DNA of 57,661 bases from Octopus bimaculoides. Its lineage: Eukaryota. Below are positions 14,141 through 27,407 of the stretch, in pieces. Every line of letters starts with the position of its first letter. Positions within the stretch are counted from its first letter, which is position 1. The DNA is taken from assembly GCF_001194135.2 (NCBI RefSeq), contig NC_068981.1, forward strand, positions 152,387,151 to 152,444,811, written 5' to 3'. The notes below the pieces were generated by a model that saw nothing but the letters and a program-made list of their open reading frames with translations, made no database searches and was not told the DNA's origin. The translations under genes were made by a program, and so were the position numbers.

Positions 14141-14904
14141 ATTGAACCATATTGTTGAAATCAAGATGGAGGATAGTATGTGTAAAATTGTTGAAGATTC
14201 AATCAATACTTAGATAACTATGAAAGTACAGATGAGTCTTCTATGTAGCTGATTGCATTAGTACACATATTTGTAGTTGAGTAGCATGAAGTCAATTCTG
14301 TTATTAAGAGATTTTGAGGACTTCCATTCTGCTGGGAAGTTGCTGTTTTTTGGGGGTTTTTTTTAGAATATTTATTCTGCAATCATTTGGCCCTTAGATT
14401 ATTTAAGTATCACTTTCCATCCAAATCATAAAATATTTCATTTTTTATTCATTTCCTTTTTTTTGTTTCATACATGGAATGCAGAAACTTTGTTTTTCGT
14501 AAGATCAACAATTAAATGATAACTTTTATAGTAATAGCTTTGATTCTTTAAAGCAGCACTTACTGTGGTCTATCATAGAAATTTCCATTTAATATAGTAG
14601 GTGTAAAACAGTGGTATAGGTAAAAACATTCAGTATTATCATCTTTTATAGCTTAGCATTTGAGTTGATGTTGACCAGCAATGAAGTCAGAATGCTATCC
14701 TGAGGCTGACCATTTTGTGATGCATTGCAAAGAAGTGTCTATTCCTTATTAGGATACTAATAAGATGTGTGTGATCCTTGTCAAATACTAAATTATATAT
14801 CTATTTTAACAAGCTATATCATAAACCATAGTGAGGTCAACAAAACTGAAAAAAAGTTTCATAACACCCACCATTCATGAAGATGTTTTTATAAATCTAT
14901 TCAT

Positions 14905-15314
14905 ATGTTTATCTTTTATCTTTTACTTGCTTTAGTCATTAGACTGTGGTCTTGCTGGAGCACCACCTTGAATTTTTAGTCAAATGACTTGACCCCAGTA
15001 CTTCGTTATTAAGCATGGTAGTTATTCTGTTGGTCTTTTTTGCTGAACTGCCTAAGTTACAGGGATGTAAACACACCAACACCAGTTGTCAAGTGGTGAT
15101 GGGGAGACAAACACAAAGACACACACACACACACACACACATACACATATATACAATGGGCTTCTTTCAGTTTCCATCTACCAGATTCATTCCCAAGGTT
15201 TTGGTTGGCCTGAGCTTAGGAAGTAGACACTTGCCCAAGGTGCCAAGCAATGGGACTGAACCTGGGACGATGTGGTTGGGAAGCAAGCTTCTTACCACAC
15301 AGCCACACCTGCAC
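14905..15314 (-). mobile_element. Full-length SINE family A
   Basis: Reverse complement collinear with 37373-37783, including the internal (GT)n and the aaaagat tail. Confidence 0.85.
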
Positions 15315-15594
15315 CATTTGTGGAAGGAAAAAATTGTAAAATATTCAATTAATGCAAGATGGAACCAGCCAAAGAGACTGGTGTCCACATGGTGTGTGCT
15401 GGACTTCACCTTGCAAGTGACACCAAAACGAAATAGGGATATAATATGGAATTCCTGTAATCATTGAGCAGCCCAAACAATTAATCACCTGATAGCTTGT
15501 GCATTATTGTAATACTAGTTGACCCTGTGCCATCAAAAGTGATGGCTAATTGTAGTATTTTATATATAAATAAGGTACATAATAATCACAGATA

Positions 15595-16240
15595 CAAACA
15601 TTCACTTCCTTTGTACATGCACACACATACACACATATACTCACATAGAGTTGAAATGCTGTTTGATTTTTCTTTTCAGCATTGAATGTTCACTATCCCA
15701 CTTCCATTGCACACACACACATACACATACACATGATTCCCTTTTATTAACACACGCATATACTCAGAGTTGAAACGCTGTCAGATTTTTTTTCACCATA
15801 GAACTTCCATCATCCTAGTATCAAGTTTGCCATTACCTCTTCCTTCCTTATTCATCTATCACCCCTTCCTTTCTATTTCATATGTTGTGATGGAAAAATA
15901 CACAAGAGTACTATTATAGCAGAAGATATGGAGGGTAAATCAAATTAATACACTTGTCAATGTTCACATACATTCACATACTTCTCTTGTACGCGCACAC
16001 ATACACACATATACTCAAACAGAGTTGAAATGCTGTTGGACTTTTCTTTTCAGCATTGAACATTCATCAAATCTCCATTGCACACACACACACAAACATT
16101 CACCTACCTCCCTTTTACATACACACACATATACTCACACAGAGTTGAAACACTGATTTTTTTTCATCCCTTCCTTCATTAGTCATCTATCACCCCTTTC
16201 TTTCTCATTCATATGTTGTGACAGAGAAGAACAGAAGACA
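15595..16240. repeat. Diverged tandem duplication of an about 400-bp unit with internal about 120-bp subrepeats
   Basis: cacacatatactca..gagttgaaa recurs four times; ttcatatgttgtga and catctatcacccc recur twice. Confidence 0.75.
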
Positions 16241-19200
16241 CACGATGCGCTCTTTACTACTTCCTTTCTCTCATTGCTATTACTTTCTCTCACTGCCTCC
16301 GAGTCAGGGCTTTACTCTCACTACTTCTCCTTCACTGAATTACTATTTTCTCTCCTCTCCATTCACTTATACTACTCTTTCTCCTACTCTGTTCTTCGTG
16401 ATTTTGGACAAATATATATATACAAATATATAAAAACATTACACTCATTATTATATTAAGAGATTATTATTTGTATGATTTGAAAAATTACAGAGAGAAT
16501 GCACAAGATTGCAGAAAAAAGGTGGAAAAATTTAATAGACTCAAAATAATAATAAATCATTTCTCACATGCAACATTGATATAGACCTAAGTCTAGGTTT
16601 GATTGCAGGACAAAGTGAGACTTATCAGAAAAGAATACAGCTGTCTAATGACACACTTGTTGATTAATGCTATCTTCCCATTCCTTACAGCAGTAAACTA
16701 AATGTATATAGAGATAAGTATTGTATTTGTCTTTAATTTTAAGAATAACTTTTAAAGGAAAAAATCTGTTCATAGTTTATAAGCAGATTAAAAATTAGAT
16801 AAATAATTAGATAGATTCTCATTATCATTTTTTTATCTTTTCTTTTCTTTGCTATGTTAAAAATGTTAGAGGAAAATCTAGTAATTTTCTTTTAGTTTGT
16901 GCTTTCAATTAAACATTTGTTATATCTTATATTACACTACATGATTTCAATGCTTACTTCATTCAAAGACCAACATTATAGCAACTCAAAATTTCTTTCA
17001 AACATTCCAACTATAAACTTTGCTAAAAGTGGCTTTATATTCCAAAGTACTTTAAACTCTGTTAATTGCGTTTATCTCCCATCATATAAACTGGTTTCAC
17101 ACACAAGTTTATTTGATGCATAGCTATAAAATCTTTTTTTAGATGAACTTATGTAACTATAATAGACATTAATTAAAATTTTTATAACACCTAGTAGCAG
17201 AATTGTGTTGTTTTTCTTTTAGTAGCACTCTTACAATCTTAACAAAGTAGATAGTACTTTACGAAATAAATATTGCTAATTAAATATTTCATTTATCATA
17301 TTTTGTAAGTAATACTTATTCAGAAGGATTGCTATCTACCAGAGGGAACAAGTGAAAAATATTTCCCTTCTACCACAGTTAGGGACCTGAACACCTAAGC
17401 AGACAGCTTCATTATTTGATGCTTAATCCTACTTATCATCCTCTAGCTCAAAACTGAGATTTCTGACAGACCACTCTGAAGTAAATTATTTCCTGGTAGG
17501 TTTTTAATACTGCTAAACTGAATAGCATGGTTGTTATTGACAATCCCTGAATCTTTGGCATCTTGACATCACTAATAAAAATAAGTTGAAAGATTGATAC
17601 TGTAGAGTGCAACCAGTAGCCATGGCAGGGGGAAATTAGTTGTCATAAGAGTAAAAGAATAAATGTAACATGTAAGGGCAAGTTATATATGTGTTATATA
17701 CACATGGGCAGATCATTAAGAATAATCATGGCATTTTTATGGATGTGATCAAGCATTTTTGTTTAAAAAGAATGCACATTAACAGATATAGGAAGAACTA
17801 TATGTATTAGAAAAACAAATATTAACTTTCAATAATGAAAGTTAAAATAGTTAGGTGCTCTGAAAAGAAACTCAAATAAAACGTTCTTGCAGACATTTTG
17901 GCTGCAAAGAATGCATAAATCTTATTAAGAAGCTTCTGACCCAAGTGATTATTTTGACTTATCAAATTAAATGTTTTGCTAATTAATCATTCTTTACAAG
18001 CAGTTACTGATAACAGAAAAAGATCTTTGATGTTTGACAATATATCATTCGATAATGAGGTTAGTAATAAGATCAGCTAAGTAATAATGAGACATTCACT
18101 TTCTTTAGAAAAAGAGGTGCAGTTATTTTGTTTTAGGTAGATCCCTGTGATGTGAGAGAGTTTTAAGATTTTCTTATAGGAACTTATGAGATTTAAGAGT
18201 ACTGGTATGATGGTATTGATAACAAAAATAAAACTCCAGAACCATCAGAAAAAAGTACCAAGAGTAAAATTAATGAAGCTTATTGGAAATAAGGAAGGAA
18301 AGAAAATATGATTATAGTTGGAGAAGTGCATAAGTTTGTTGACAAGGAAGGAGACAAAAATGTTCGTTGCTGCTTTGTTCATCTGCTTGCTCATATAGTA
18401 ACTAGAGTCTAAGAATACACAAGTAATATTTATGGCTATAGTTTTCTAGATGTTGCCAACTTTGTTCTTTGAAGAACAACTCCATAGCATTTCATAGAAA
18501 ACTAGCATTGGAATGATGGGGTTTTTCTTAAGGGATGGTGGGGGGGGCTCCAAAAGTGTAGAAAATAGAGAAAATTATCAGAATGAGTGTAATGAGTTGG
18601 AGATAAAGAGTTATGAATATCAATTTCATCCACTATAAGTATTCTAGAGAGCAAGATGAACTTCTAGAATTTTTCAATGCATAAAAAGCTCAAGAAGTTA
18701 TGAGAAATTTGAAGTGATAGATTATTTTTTAGGTTATCACAAGCAAGAGAGATTTTCAGACTGAGTAATTAGCAAGGAGCAACTGAACCAGTTTCGAAGC
18801 AGATATTATAGTTTTCCTCCATTTGTGTATCTATTCTTACCATGCTTGTAGTAATGTGGCTTTTGTATCTGTGTCATCAAAATAGCTCTACAAATGGGTT
18901 TTACTCTTACCAAACCAGGTAGGTCTAAAGTGAGGAATTAGACTATGATGATGATGATGACAATGATGAGATCATCATCAGAAGCCTCAGGAAGCAACAT
19001 AACAGATGTATAGTTGCAGTCAAGAATCAATTAAACGTTAATCATTGAGGAAACTCGCAAGATGCTGGAAGCTGGTATCATAATAATATTAAATAGAATC
19101 ACCAAGCTCTGAAAGTAATCCTCTGCTTACATCCCTAAAACTAGTGATCACATGTTATTCAGCCACTAAACTCTACCAGATGACGATATGCAGAATTTTC

Positions 19201-19510
19201 AGTCTGATAAAGAAATTCTTAAAGGGCCCTTAAACTGATTCCTCAAAAAATAGCAACATTTTTTTCATGACCATTTAACAAATTTTTGTGAAACAATTTT
19301 AACAGAATAATTATTTACTATGTTAAAAAATGTAATTCTCATTCCTTTCCTACAACTGTTTTTCCCTGATAGAACCAATTAGACAAAATCTTTAAAATAA
19401 AGAAAAAATTAAAATTTTAAACAAAATTGAAAATTTTTAAATTTACAAACAAGATTTAACTTTGTATTCCTTCAGTAGAGGAGATAATATATTTAAAAAG
19501 TAATATTTAC

Positions 19511-19797
19511 GTATGATATGAAGATATGCAGCAGTTGTTGCAACTCCTTGAGTGTTTTCTGCTCGGCAACGGTAAAATCCACCATCTGACTGCAAAACAT
19601 TTTCAATGTACATTGAAATAATTCCATCTTCATCATATTCAAAATTGTAACGTGTTTTGTTGGTTATATCAATACCATCCTTGAACCATCTTATTGAAGG
19701 CCTGGGATTGCCAACAACTTGGCATTCAAATCGCTTGGACCCACCAAGAATAACTTCAGCCTTTCCAGGCATGCTGACAGATATGCAGCTTGGAGAG
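19511..19797 (-). CDS. Internal exon encoding an I-set immunoglobulin domain (titin/obscurin/UNC-89/MLCK-like intracellular type is plausible but unassigned)
   Basis: ttttgttttcag|C acceptor and ATAC|gtaaat donor; 287 nt, phase 2 to phase 1. Translation SPSCISVSMPGKAEVILGGSKRFECQVVGNPRPSIRWFKDG...DGGFYRCRAENTQGVATTAAYLHII has the I-set C, GxPxP, WxKDG, DxGxYxC and N motifs. Confidence 0.9.
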
Positions 19798-19954
19798 CTG
19801 AAAACAAAAAACAATATAGAATGTGAATTAAATAACAAATTTATAACTCATGTCAATCATTTCTTTTAACATTTGTTTCAAATAACATACTTCTTATTAT
19901 GATGATATACAATCAAATAAGAACAAATCAGATGTTCATTTATTATTGTAAACA

Positions 19955-20180
19955 GAAAAGGAGCTGTGGATTAGCAAAACTGCTCAAGCATTGAAAAAAT
20001 AGCATGCAATGTTGGTTCCAGATCCTTATATTCTGAGTTCAAATCCCACTGAAGTCAACTTTACCTTTCATCACTCCGGGGTTGACAAAATAAAATACCA
20101 ATCAAGTAATGTCATTGATTTAACTGACAAAATTCCTGCCATCAAATTTCTGGCCTTGTGCCCCTGCTTGAAACAATTAC
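19955..20180 (+). mobile_element. SINE family B
   Basis: ggagctgtggattagcaaaa...ttctgagttcaaatcccactgaagtcaactttacctttc...ggttgacaaaataaaatacc...atttctggccttgtgcc. Confidence 0.7.
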
Positions 20181-22012
20181 TATGAAGAGAAAATACCAAC
20201 ATGAGAGAAAAAATACCTTTTTACCTGTAACCTTTTACATTATTTTACAAATTATTCATTATTTTAACTCATGGAGTAACTATTGAGTGCTACTAATACA
20301 AGCTATACATTTCTATGATGAACCACAATTAAATAACTCACCATAACTCATAGATAGATCTTAGAAGACATGTTAAAGTAACAATTCTAGAAGAAATTCA
20401 AATATTGTAAACTAACTGGCAGCATAGACACCTTTGAAATTGTGTAAAAGAAAAATAGATTGAACTTCTACAACACCATACATATGTTTCTCTTTTGCAA
20501 AACGGCAAAATAACTTCTTTATGAGCACTTTCTAGCATTCAAAACATTTTCTATCTGAACACTTGTAAATTCTTCCAATATTTTAAGCATTTATGATAAA
20601 ACTATATAAATATTTCTTACTTTTTTTTTAGTTGAAAGAATAGGTATAAAATTATCAAGCCCAAATTATTCTATGTTGAGGGGGTTAATTCTTGGTGAGA
20701 TTGGCTTTGCTTGCAAATCTTTCCAAACAGAATATAATCAAATCAGATTCCAGATTGATATATCTCATAAATAACCTGTGAACTGAGTACTGTTGATATT
20801 GTTGTTGTTGTTGTCATAATCGTTAATGATGGCGGCGGTGGTGGTAGAAGTGGTGGTGGTGGTGACAGCAGAAGTGGCGGTGGCAGTGGCGGCGGTGGTG
20901 GTTTAGTGACTGATCAGCTCCGAACAAGCTGGACGATTTTCAAAAGCACTCTGGCCATAACCATTACTATCTTTTTAAGCGTATGTAGAAATTCATTAAT
21001 TAATGCATCATTTCCTCCTTTAAGATTGTTGGATGCTATTCAAGAAAGATTTAGTTGTTATTTTTAGTAGGTTGAGTGACCACATTAATATTGCTTCATT
21101 GTATTGTAGATTGCAAAATCATGTGCATCATAAAAAGCTCCAACATGTATCTTCTACATTCCTCAAGTTCATTTATTGTAGAATTATTGATCTGCATACT
21201 TGCCAAAACAACAATTCTCGGATTGATAACAATCTTACCATCAAGTACACCTCAATATAATGTATGGTTAATTTTGGTTATTAAACTATTTAAAAATAAT
21301 CAATTTGTATTTCTTGAACAACGGGGTAAAAAAAATTTGTTTTCCTCAAAACTGACTGTAAATTTTAGCCTACTGACGTTCATTTCAATTGCAATGACAA
21401 AACGAGTGTGGAAAATTTGATATATGTACACCCTTATAAAATCTCAGTCCCAGCACAGGTATGCACTCTGTCATAATTATTCCACACTGGTTAGAATGCC
21501 TCTCTTCAATATGCTTACTAAAAAGTTAAATTGTGTATAACAAAAGAAAATAACTATCAGTAGCAAAATCAACATGGTCATTATCATTACATTCTTCATA
21601 TTCCATGTAAATGCTTACATATGTTTTGATTGGACAGGTAGGTAGTACAGCATCATTCCAGCTGTCACAATTCTTTTTACAGTTCCCTCATCTGATATAT
21701 ATTTCACCTCATATATTGGTTTATTTCTGCTTCAGTTATTTCAAAACCAGCAGTTTTCACAGAACACACCGTGCTGTGTCACATTACATATCTAAGATAT
21801 TGCAATATGCTATCTTTCAACTATCATCTGATGCTTCTGATAAATATATTCTCTCAGTCTATCATGTCATAATAATGCAATGCAATACATTTAAGATAGG
21901 ATTGGGTATATATATATAAGTATGTCTATTTATGTATAAGTACACACACATGCACGTGCATGCATGCGCATACACATACACACACACACACACACTCACA
22001 CATACACACATG

Positions 22013-22043
<31 letters not shown>

Positions 22044-22339
22044 GCACACACACACACACACGCACGCATGCATGTGTGCACACAGACATGAGTCAGTAAA
22101 TAAGCACTCAACATATCTAGTTGAAATTATATGCATTGAATAATGGTTTGACTCAGTTCCACATTACTTAAAATTTTTGGGATATAGAAACCCATCCACG
22201 TCATTAGATATTCAGTGACAGAGTAAAGAGAACTAAAAAAGAAACTTTAAAATAGCTTCTAGGTAAAAGTGTTTAGGTTTCCATTAGTCAGTTCTAATCA
22301 TCTGGTTGCCTGTATATTCTATCTGGTTAACATGTGTAG

Positions 22340-22970
22340 TGCTGTCTGGTTACCAATGTGATGTAATTAGCAAGGAAGGTGGTTCCTCTGAATTTAGAGT
22401 AGCCATAGTAAGAACTGGTTGAAGAAAGTTCAGGAGGCTAGAACCACTGCTAATAACAAAGATCTTTTCTTATAGAGTGAAGAGCAGATTGTATGACATG
22501 TGTGTTAGATCTGCAATGCTGCATAGTAGTGAGGCATGGCTTTGACTGCAGAGGACTTCAGAAGACTGGAAAGAAATAAAGTGAGCATGCTCCATTGAAT
22601 GTGCTATATGAGTGTGCATGAAAAGCATTGTACAAAGGTGTTGTGTGAAAAACTGGGCATAAGAGGAATCATATGTATATAAGAAAGAAAATTGCACTGG
22701 TATGGACATGTGATGCATATGGAGAATACAGTTGTATAAAGAAGTGCTGACCACTTAATGTGGTTGTAATTTGCAGAAGTGAGAAACCCAGAAAGACATG
22801 GGAGGAAGTGCTGAAGGCTGACCTCAGAACTCTGAGCTTCACAGAGCAGATGACTAAGAACCAGAACGTCTGGCAGTATGAGGTTCTTAAAAAGATCCAT
22901 CTTCCTCAGCAAAACTGAGTCCCGGAAGTGCTATATATATTGTACTCTCCACCTATGTTACAGTGATTCA
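22340..22970 (+). mobile_element. RTE-clade LINE 3' remnant
   Basis: Broken translation RVKSRLYDMCVRSAMLHSSEAW...WYGHVM...KPRKTWEEVLKADLRTL; same family as 35036-35950. Confidence 0.8.
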
Positions 22971-23149
22971 TCCACTCACTAAGCCAAATAGCCTCCCATC
23001 ATGCACTATCTTCCTCCCCACCACCAGCTCCTGCAGACTACCCAACTGTGTCATCTTTATATCTTGTCTTCTCCTATCAACTGTATTATCGTTACTATCC
23101 TGCCACCAGCCTCTATCAAGCTCTATCATTCACTCTTCAATCCTATCCA

Positions 23150-23900
23150 AATTTTACAGTTGCAATCTGCCACCCTTACCAAGTCCAACAAACTTTCACA
23201 TATAGGACAAGAATGAAACACAGTCCTGTCCCTTGTGTTTCTTCAACATTTCTTCATCAGCTGCCCCAGAGCTTTAGCTGATGACTGCTAGTGGCATGAC
23301 CAGGTACTCAAAGCAGTTGCAGAGGTGATATCAACAGCCATTCAGACTAGTAAATACTATCCCAGGAAACAGACCATCACATTTCTCTCAGCCAGAGAGA
23401 AGTCTACTTCACTCAAACTTCAATGGCTATGCCTACTTTCACACAGCCATAGACATGAAGCTGAAAGTAAAAGTTTTGAAACAGATAAAGTTCTCAGATC
23501 ACATCATACCAACAAAACTCCAACCAGGCATAGTGATCTTCTAAAATTCCACCTAACAGATGAACATGTAGAAACTGACTGTGCCTGGGGAGGAACACAT
23601 GGACAAGCTCGTAAGAGGAAGCTTACCAAATATTTAGGAGTTGGTTGAGCAGTGCAGAAATAGTGGCTGATAGACATGTTGCAAGACAGCTGAAGCGAGA
23701 TGCTAAGGTTTTGGGAGACATTCATCTTGCAGACTCCTGGGCTTAGAGTTACTGGTGAAGGAAAGAGAAGGGCCATAAATTCCATTACTTAGATCAAAGA
23801 GAAGGCCACAAGGTGGATTTGGATAAAGTGGGCAGACCAGTGGTTGGGATAACTGAGCAAGGAGGTCTGATGTTGAAAGATCCAAAACATCACTGATGTT
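23150..23900 (+). mobile_element. HERO-like non-LTR retrotransposon 3' remnant with restriction-like endonuclease
   Basis: Broken translation LPSPTNFHI*DKNETQSCPLC...WHDQVLKAVAEVIST...KLQPGIVIF...LTVPGEE...TRWIWIKW, matching the zinc knuckle, RHD, RPD and ELTVPWEE pattern of R2-group HERO elements. Confidence 0.7.
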
Positions 23901-23983
23901 GCATCTGAGAGCATCCAAAAGATACATCTAAAAACTTTTTGGTGCCACATAAAAAACATGGACATTAAATGATGATGATGATG

Positions 23984-24027
<44 letters not shown>

Positions 24028-24029
<2 letters not shown>

Positions 24030-25051
24030 AGGGGGTACCCAAAAGTAACCGGAAACATTCTCTGTGAGACAAGCCTATTGTGGTTCAGGCTACTGCAGCT
24101 AGAAGCCACTCAATGCAATCCACAGGCATCAATCTGCCAACCACATGTGAAGTTGTACTGTCACATGATGCATCTTTATTTTGCAGTGCTTCTCCTCTGT
24201 TCATCAATTTTTACGATGCCTGAAAGAACCATTGGAAGTTGATCCGGATCTTTATTCAAAGGTCATCACTGATGACAAAATGTGGTGCTGTGGCTACAAC
24301 CCAGAAACGAAGCAGCAATTAAGTCAGCAGAAGTATTCAATGTCACCACACCCCAAAAAAGCACATCAAGTGAAGTCCAATGTCAAGACAATGCTGATTT
24401 GTCTCATCGATGTGAAAAGAATTTGTTCCTCCTGGTCAAACAGTTAACCAGACATTTTACTTGGCAGTTCTGAAGCATAATGACATGACTGGGGTGTCCT
24501 GGAGCTCCTGCCAATGAATTTTGAGCGAGGGTTTGCAAATGAAAAGACAGGGCCGTCACAGACACAGTGAAACACAGTGAAAAGACAGGACTGTCATGAG
24601 ACACATTGAAACGAACACACCCCAACCTGTGGCAAAGTGTAGAGTAGTGGTTTTATCATGACAATGTGCCTGCACAGACTGTCTCGAGTGTGAGACAGTT
24701 TTTGACTAAAATTGGCATGGCATGAATCTGCTTACCCACCTTCTCTATTCACCTGATCTTGCTCCCTGCAACATTTTTTGTTCCTCTGAATGGAAAAAGT
24801 CCCTTAAGGAAAACGTTTTGCTGATGTAAAAGAGGTGAAGAAAAAACCAAAAGAAGTGAAGAAAAAACCAACAGAGGCATTACAAGGCATCACTTTGCAA
24901 GAGTTCCAGGACTGCTTCAGTGGAAAATGAGTCTGGACCAATGCATTACTTCAAATGGAGAATACTTTGAAGGTGATAAAGGTGTAAACATGTAAAACGA
25001 AGTGAATAAAATAGTATTGCAAAATTCCAGTTTTGGTGGGGAACCTCTTCG
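24028..25051 (+). mobile_element. Defective mariner (DD34D-type) transposon
   Basis: TIRs CAAGGGGGTACCCAAAAGTAACCGGAA and TTCCAGTTTTGGTGGGGAACCTCTTCG, with TA flanks inside (TA)n; remnants VITDDKMWCCGYNPETKQQ, HDNVPAH, YSPDLAPC, NGEYFEGD. Confidence 0.9.
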
Positions 25052-25117
25052 TAAATATATATATATATATATATATATTTGTGTGTGCATGTGTGTGTGT
25101 TTGTTTATGTATATATA

Positions 25118-25182
<65 letters not shown>

Positions 25183-25654
25183 GTGTGTGTGTGTGTGTGT
25201 AAGCCATCTAAGAGTCTATAAGTCAGGTAAAAATGCACTCGTATATCTGTCAGTAGAGTGGGTATATCAATCAAAGTGAACAGTATTACATGTCCATTAC
25301 AGCCAATCTTACAATCAGTTTCCCACAATGGATTCCATAGTGACTACCTCTGAAGAGCACAGGGTTGCATAATCAGACTGTTACTTAACAGTCCATTGAA
25401 TTCCTAGTGTGAAACCAATTGATAAGATTGGCTGTAATGGACATATAATACTGCACACTTCATTTAATATATACATACACATATATATATATATATCATC
25501 ATCATCATCATTGTCATTTAACATCTGCTTTCCATTCTGGTATGTGTTGGGCGGTTTGACTGAGGGCTGGCACACCTATATATATTCATATATGTGCATA
25601 TATACATAGATACATATATATATATATATACACGCTCTCACATACACATGCATG

Positions 25655-25925
25655 CGCACCTTCGTTTTGGGATCACCTCTACTTTATTATCCCCCCTTCT
25701 TCCTAGCTCTCCTGTGTGACCCCTCTGTCTGGCATTCGTCAGATAGATCGCTAGCCACTAAACCTTTTTCTATTTTCTCTCCCTGTTTATTTTTGTGTTC
25801 CTTTCTGTCGAAGAGCATAGGCTCGAAACGTAAAAGACTTTCTCACTTCCCAAGCGTTAAACTAATACACCTGTTTGCTGTTTATACACCCATCTTTGTC
25901 TTTTGTTTTTTTTGTAAATTCTCAT
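25655..25925 (+). mobile_element. Penelope-type pLTR fragment carrying a minimal hammerhead motif
   Basis: Contains the hammerhead-like motif at 25801-25836; family assignment follows from the known association of minimal hammerheads with Penelope-like pLTRs. Confidence 0.55.
25801..25836 (+). ncRNA. Minimal type I hammerhead ribozyme-like motif with variant core
   Basis: Stem I CTTT/AAAG; core CTGTCGA (A6 is U); stem II GAGC-ATAG-GCTC; GAAA; palindromic CG; GTA cleavage triplet. Confidence 0.55.
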
Positions 25926-26582
25926 GNNNNNNNNNNNNNNNNNNNNNNNNNNNNNNNNNNNNNNNNNNNNNNNNNNNNNNNNNNNNNNNNNNNNNNNNNN
26001 NNNNNNNNNNNNNNNNNNNNNNNNNNNNNNNNNNNNNNNNNNNNNNNNNNNNNNNNNNNNNNNNNNNNNNNNNNNNNNNNNNNNNNNNNNNNNNNNNNNN
26101 NNNNNNNNNNNNNNNNNNNNNNNNNNNNNNNNNNNNNNNNNNNNNNNNNNNNNNATATATATATATATTTATAAATAATATATATATATTTATAAATAAT
26201 ATAATACATATATATATTCTTTTATTCTTCAATACATTTCAGCCCAAAGACTGTGGTCATGGTTGGACACCAACAGTATGATCACTTTTTCAATAGCCAT
26301 TCTCATGGGGCTGACTTTTGGTAAATGAGGGAATTTTATATTACTGTCCTTATTTGAGTTCCTTGCCCTGATGCATGCTCTTTTGGATTCTGGACAGTAG
26401 CTCAAGGAGCCACTTGAAAACATCCACCCCATACCACGTAGATCTCTCAGGTTTTTTGATTAAATATTAAATAGCTGTCAGTCTTTGAATCCCAACCTAT
26501 TGCAGTACCAGCTATAACTCTCAATGCCAAAGTTTGGTATCAGCTCTTGTAGGATCCTCACAATGTGTGTCACCACATAGGT

Positions 26583-26594
26583 AGATAGATAGAC

Positions 26595-26668
<74 letters not shown>

Positions 26669-26686
26669 GTAGATAGATAGATAGAC

Positions 26687-26757
<71 letters not shown>

Positions 26758-26758
26758 C

Positions 26759-26832
<74 letters not shown>
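26583..26832. repeat. (GATA)n/(GACA)n compound microsatellite
   Basis: Direct reading. Confidence 0.95.
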
Positions 26833-26833
<1 letters not shown>

Positions 26834-27021
26834 GAGCTACCCACATATATAGATATTCATACATATACACATATATATACATCATGTATATACATATATA
26901 CATAAATATATACATGTATATGCATATACACACATATATATACATGTATATACATATACACACATATATATACATATATACACACCTTTACACCGTATAT
27001 GTGTGTGCGATATAGTGTGTT

Positions 27022-27053
<32 letters not shown>

Positions 27054-27365
27054 TTGTGTGTGTGTATGTGTGTGTGTGTATATATACACACACAAATACA
27101 TATATGTTGTGTTTATATATACATATATTGCTTAGTATGCCTGGAGACTATGATATCACCAAATTTAAGATCTGAGTTCTCTCACACCTGTAGTTATTAT
27201 ATATATACTCTTGTGGCAGACAGAATAGGATTGGCATTACACAAACCTCTTCCACCTTAAGCAAAGATATTTGCAGGTAGTTCTGCAAGCCAAATATCAC
27301 CTCATCTAAAAATAACATTCCTCAATAGATTATGGAACAACAACAGCAACAAAATTTTTGAAGCA

Positions 27366-27407
<42 letters not shown>

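Noticed and set aside
18911-19108. 198-nt minus segment with good-looking acceptor and donor just downstream of the Ig exon
   Set aside because: Stop codons in all three frames; could only be a poison or very short terminal exon.
20826-20905. (GGT/GGC)n tract suggesting a poly-Gly or poly-Pro exon
   Set aside because: No flanking open frame or splice sites; an ordinary trinucleotide repeat.
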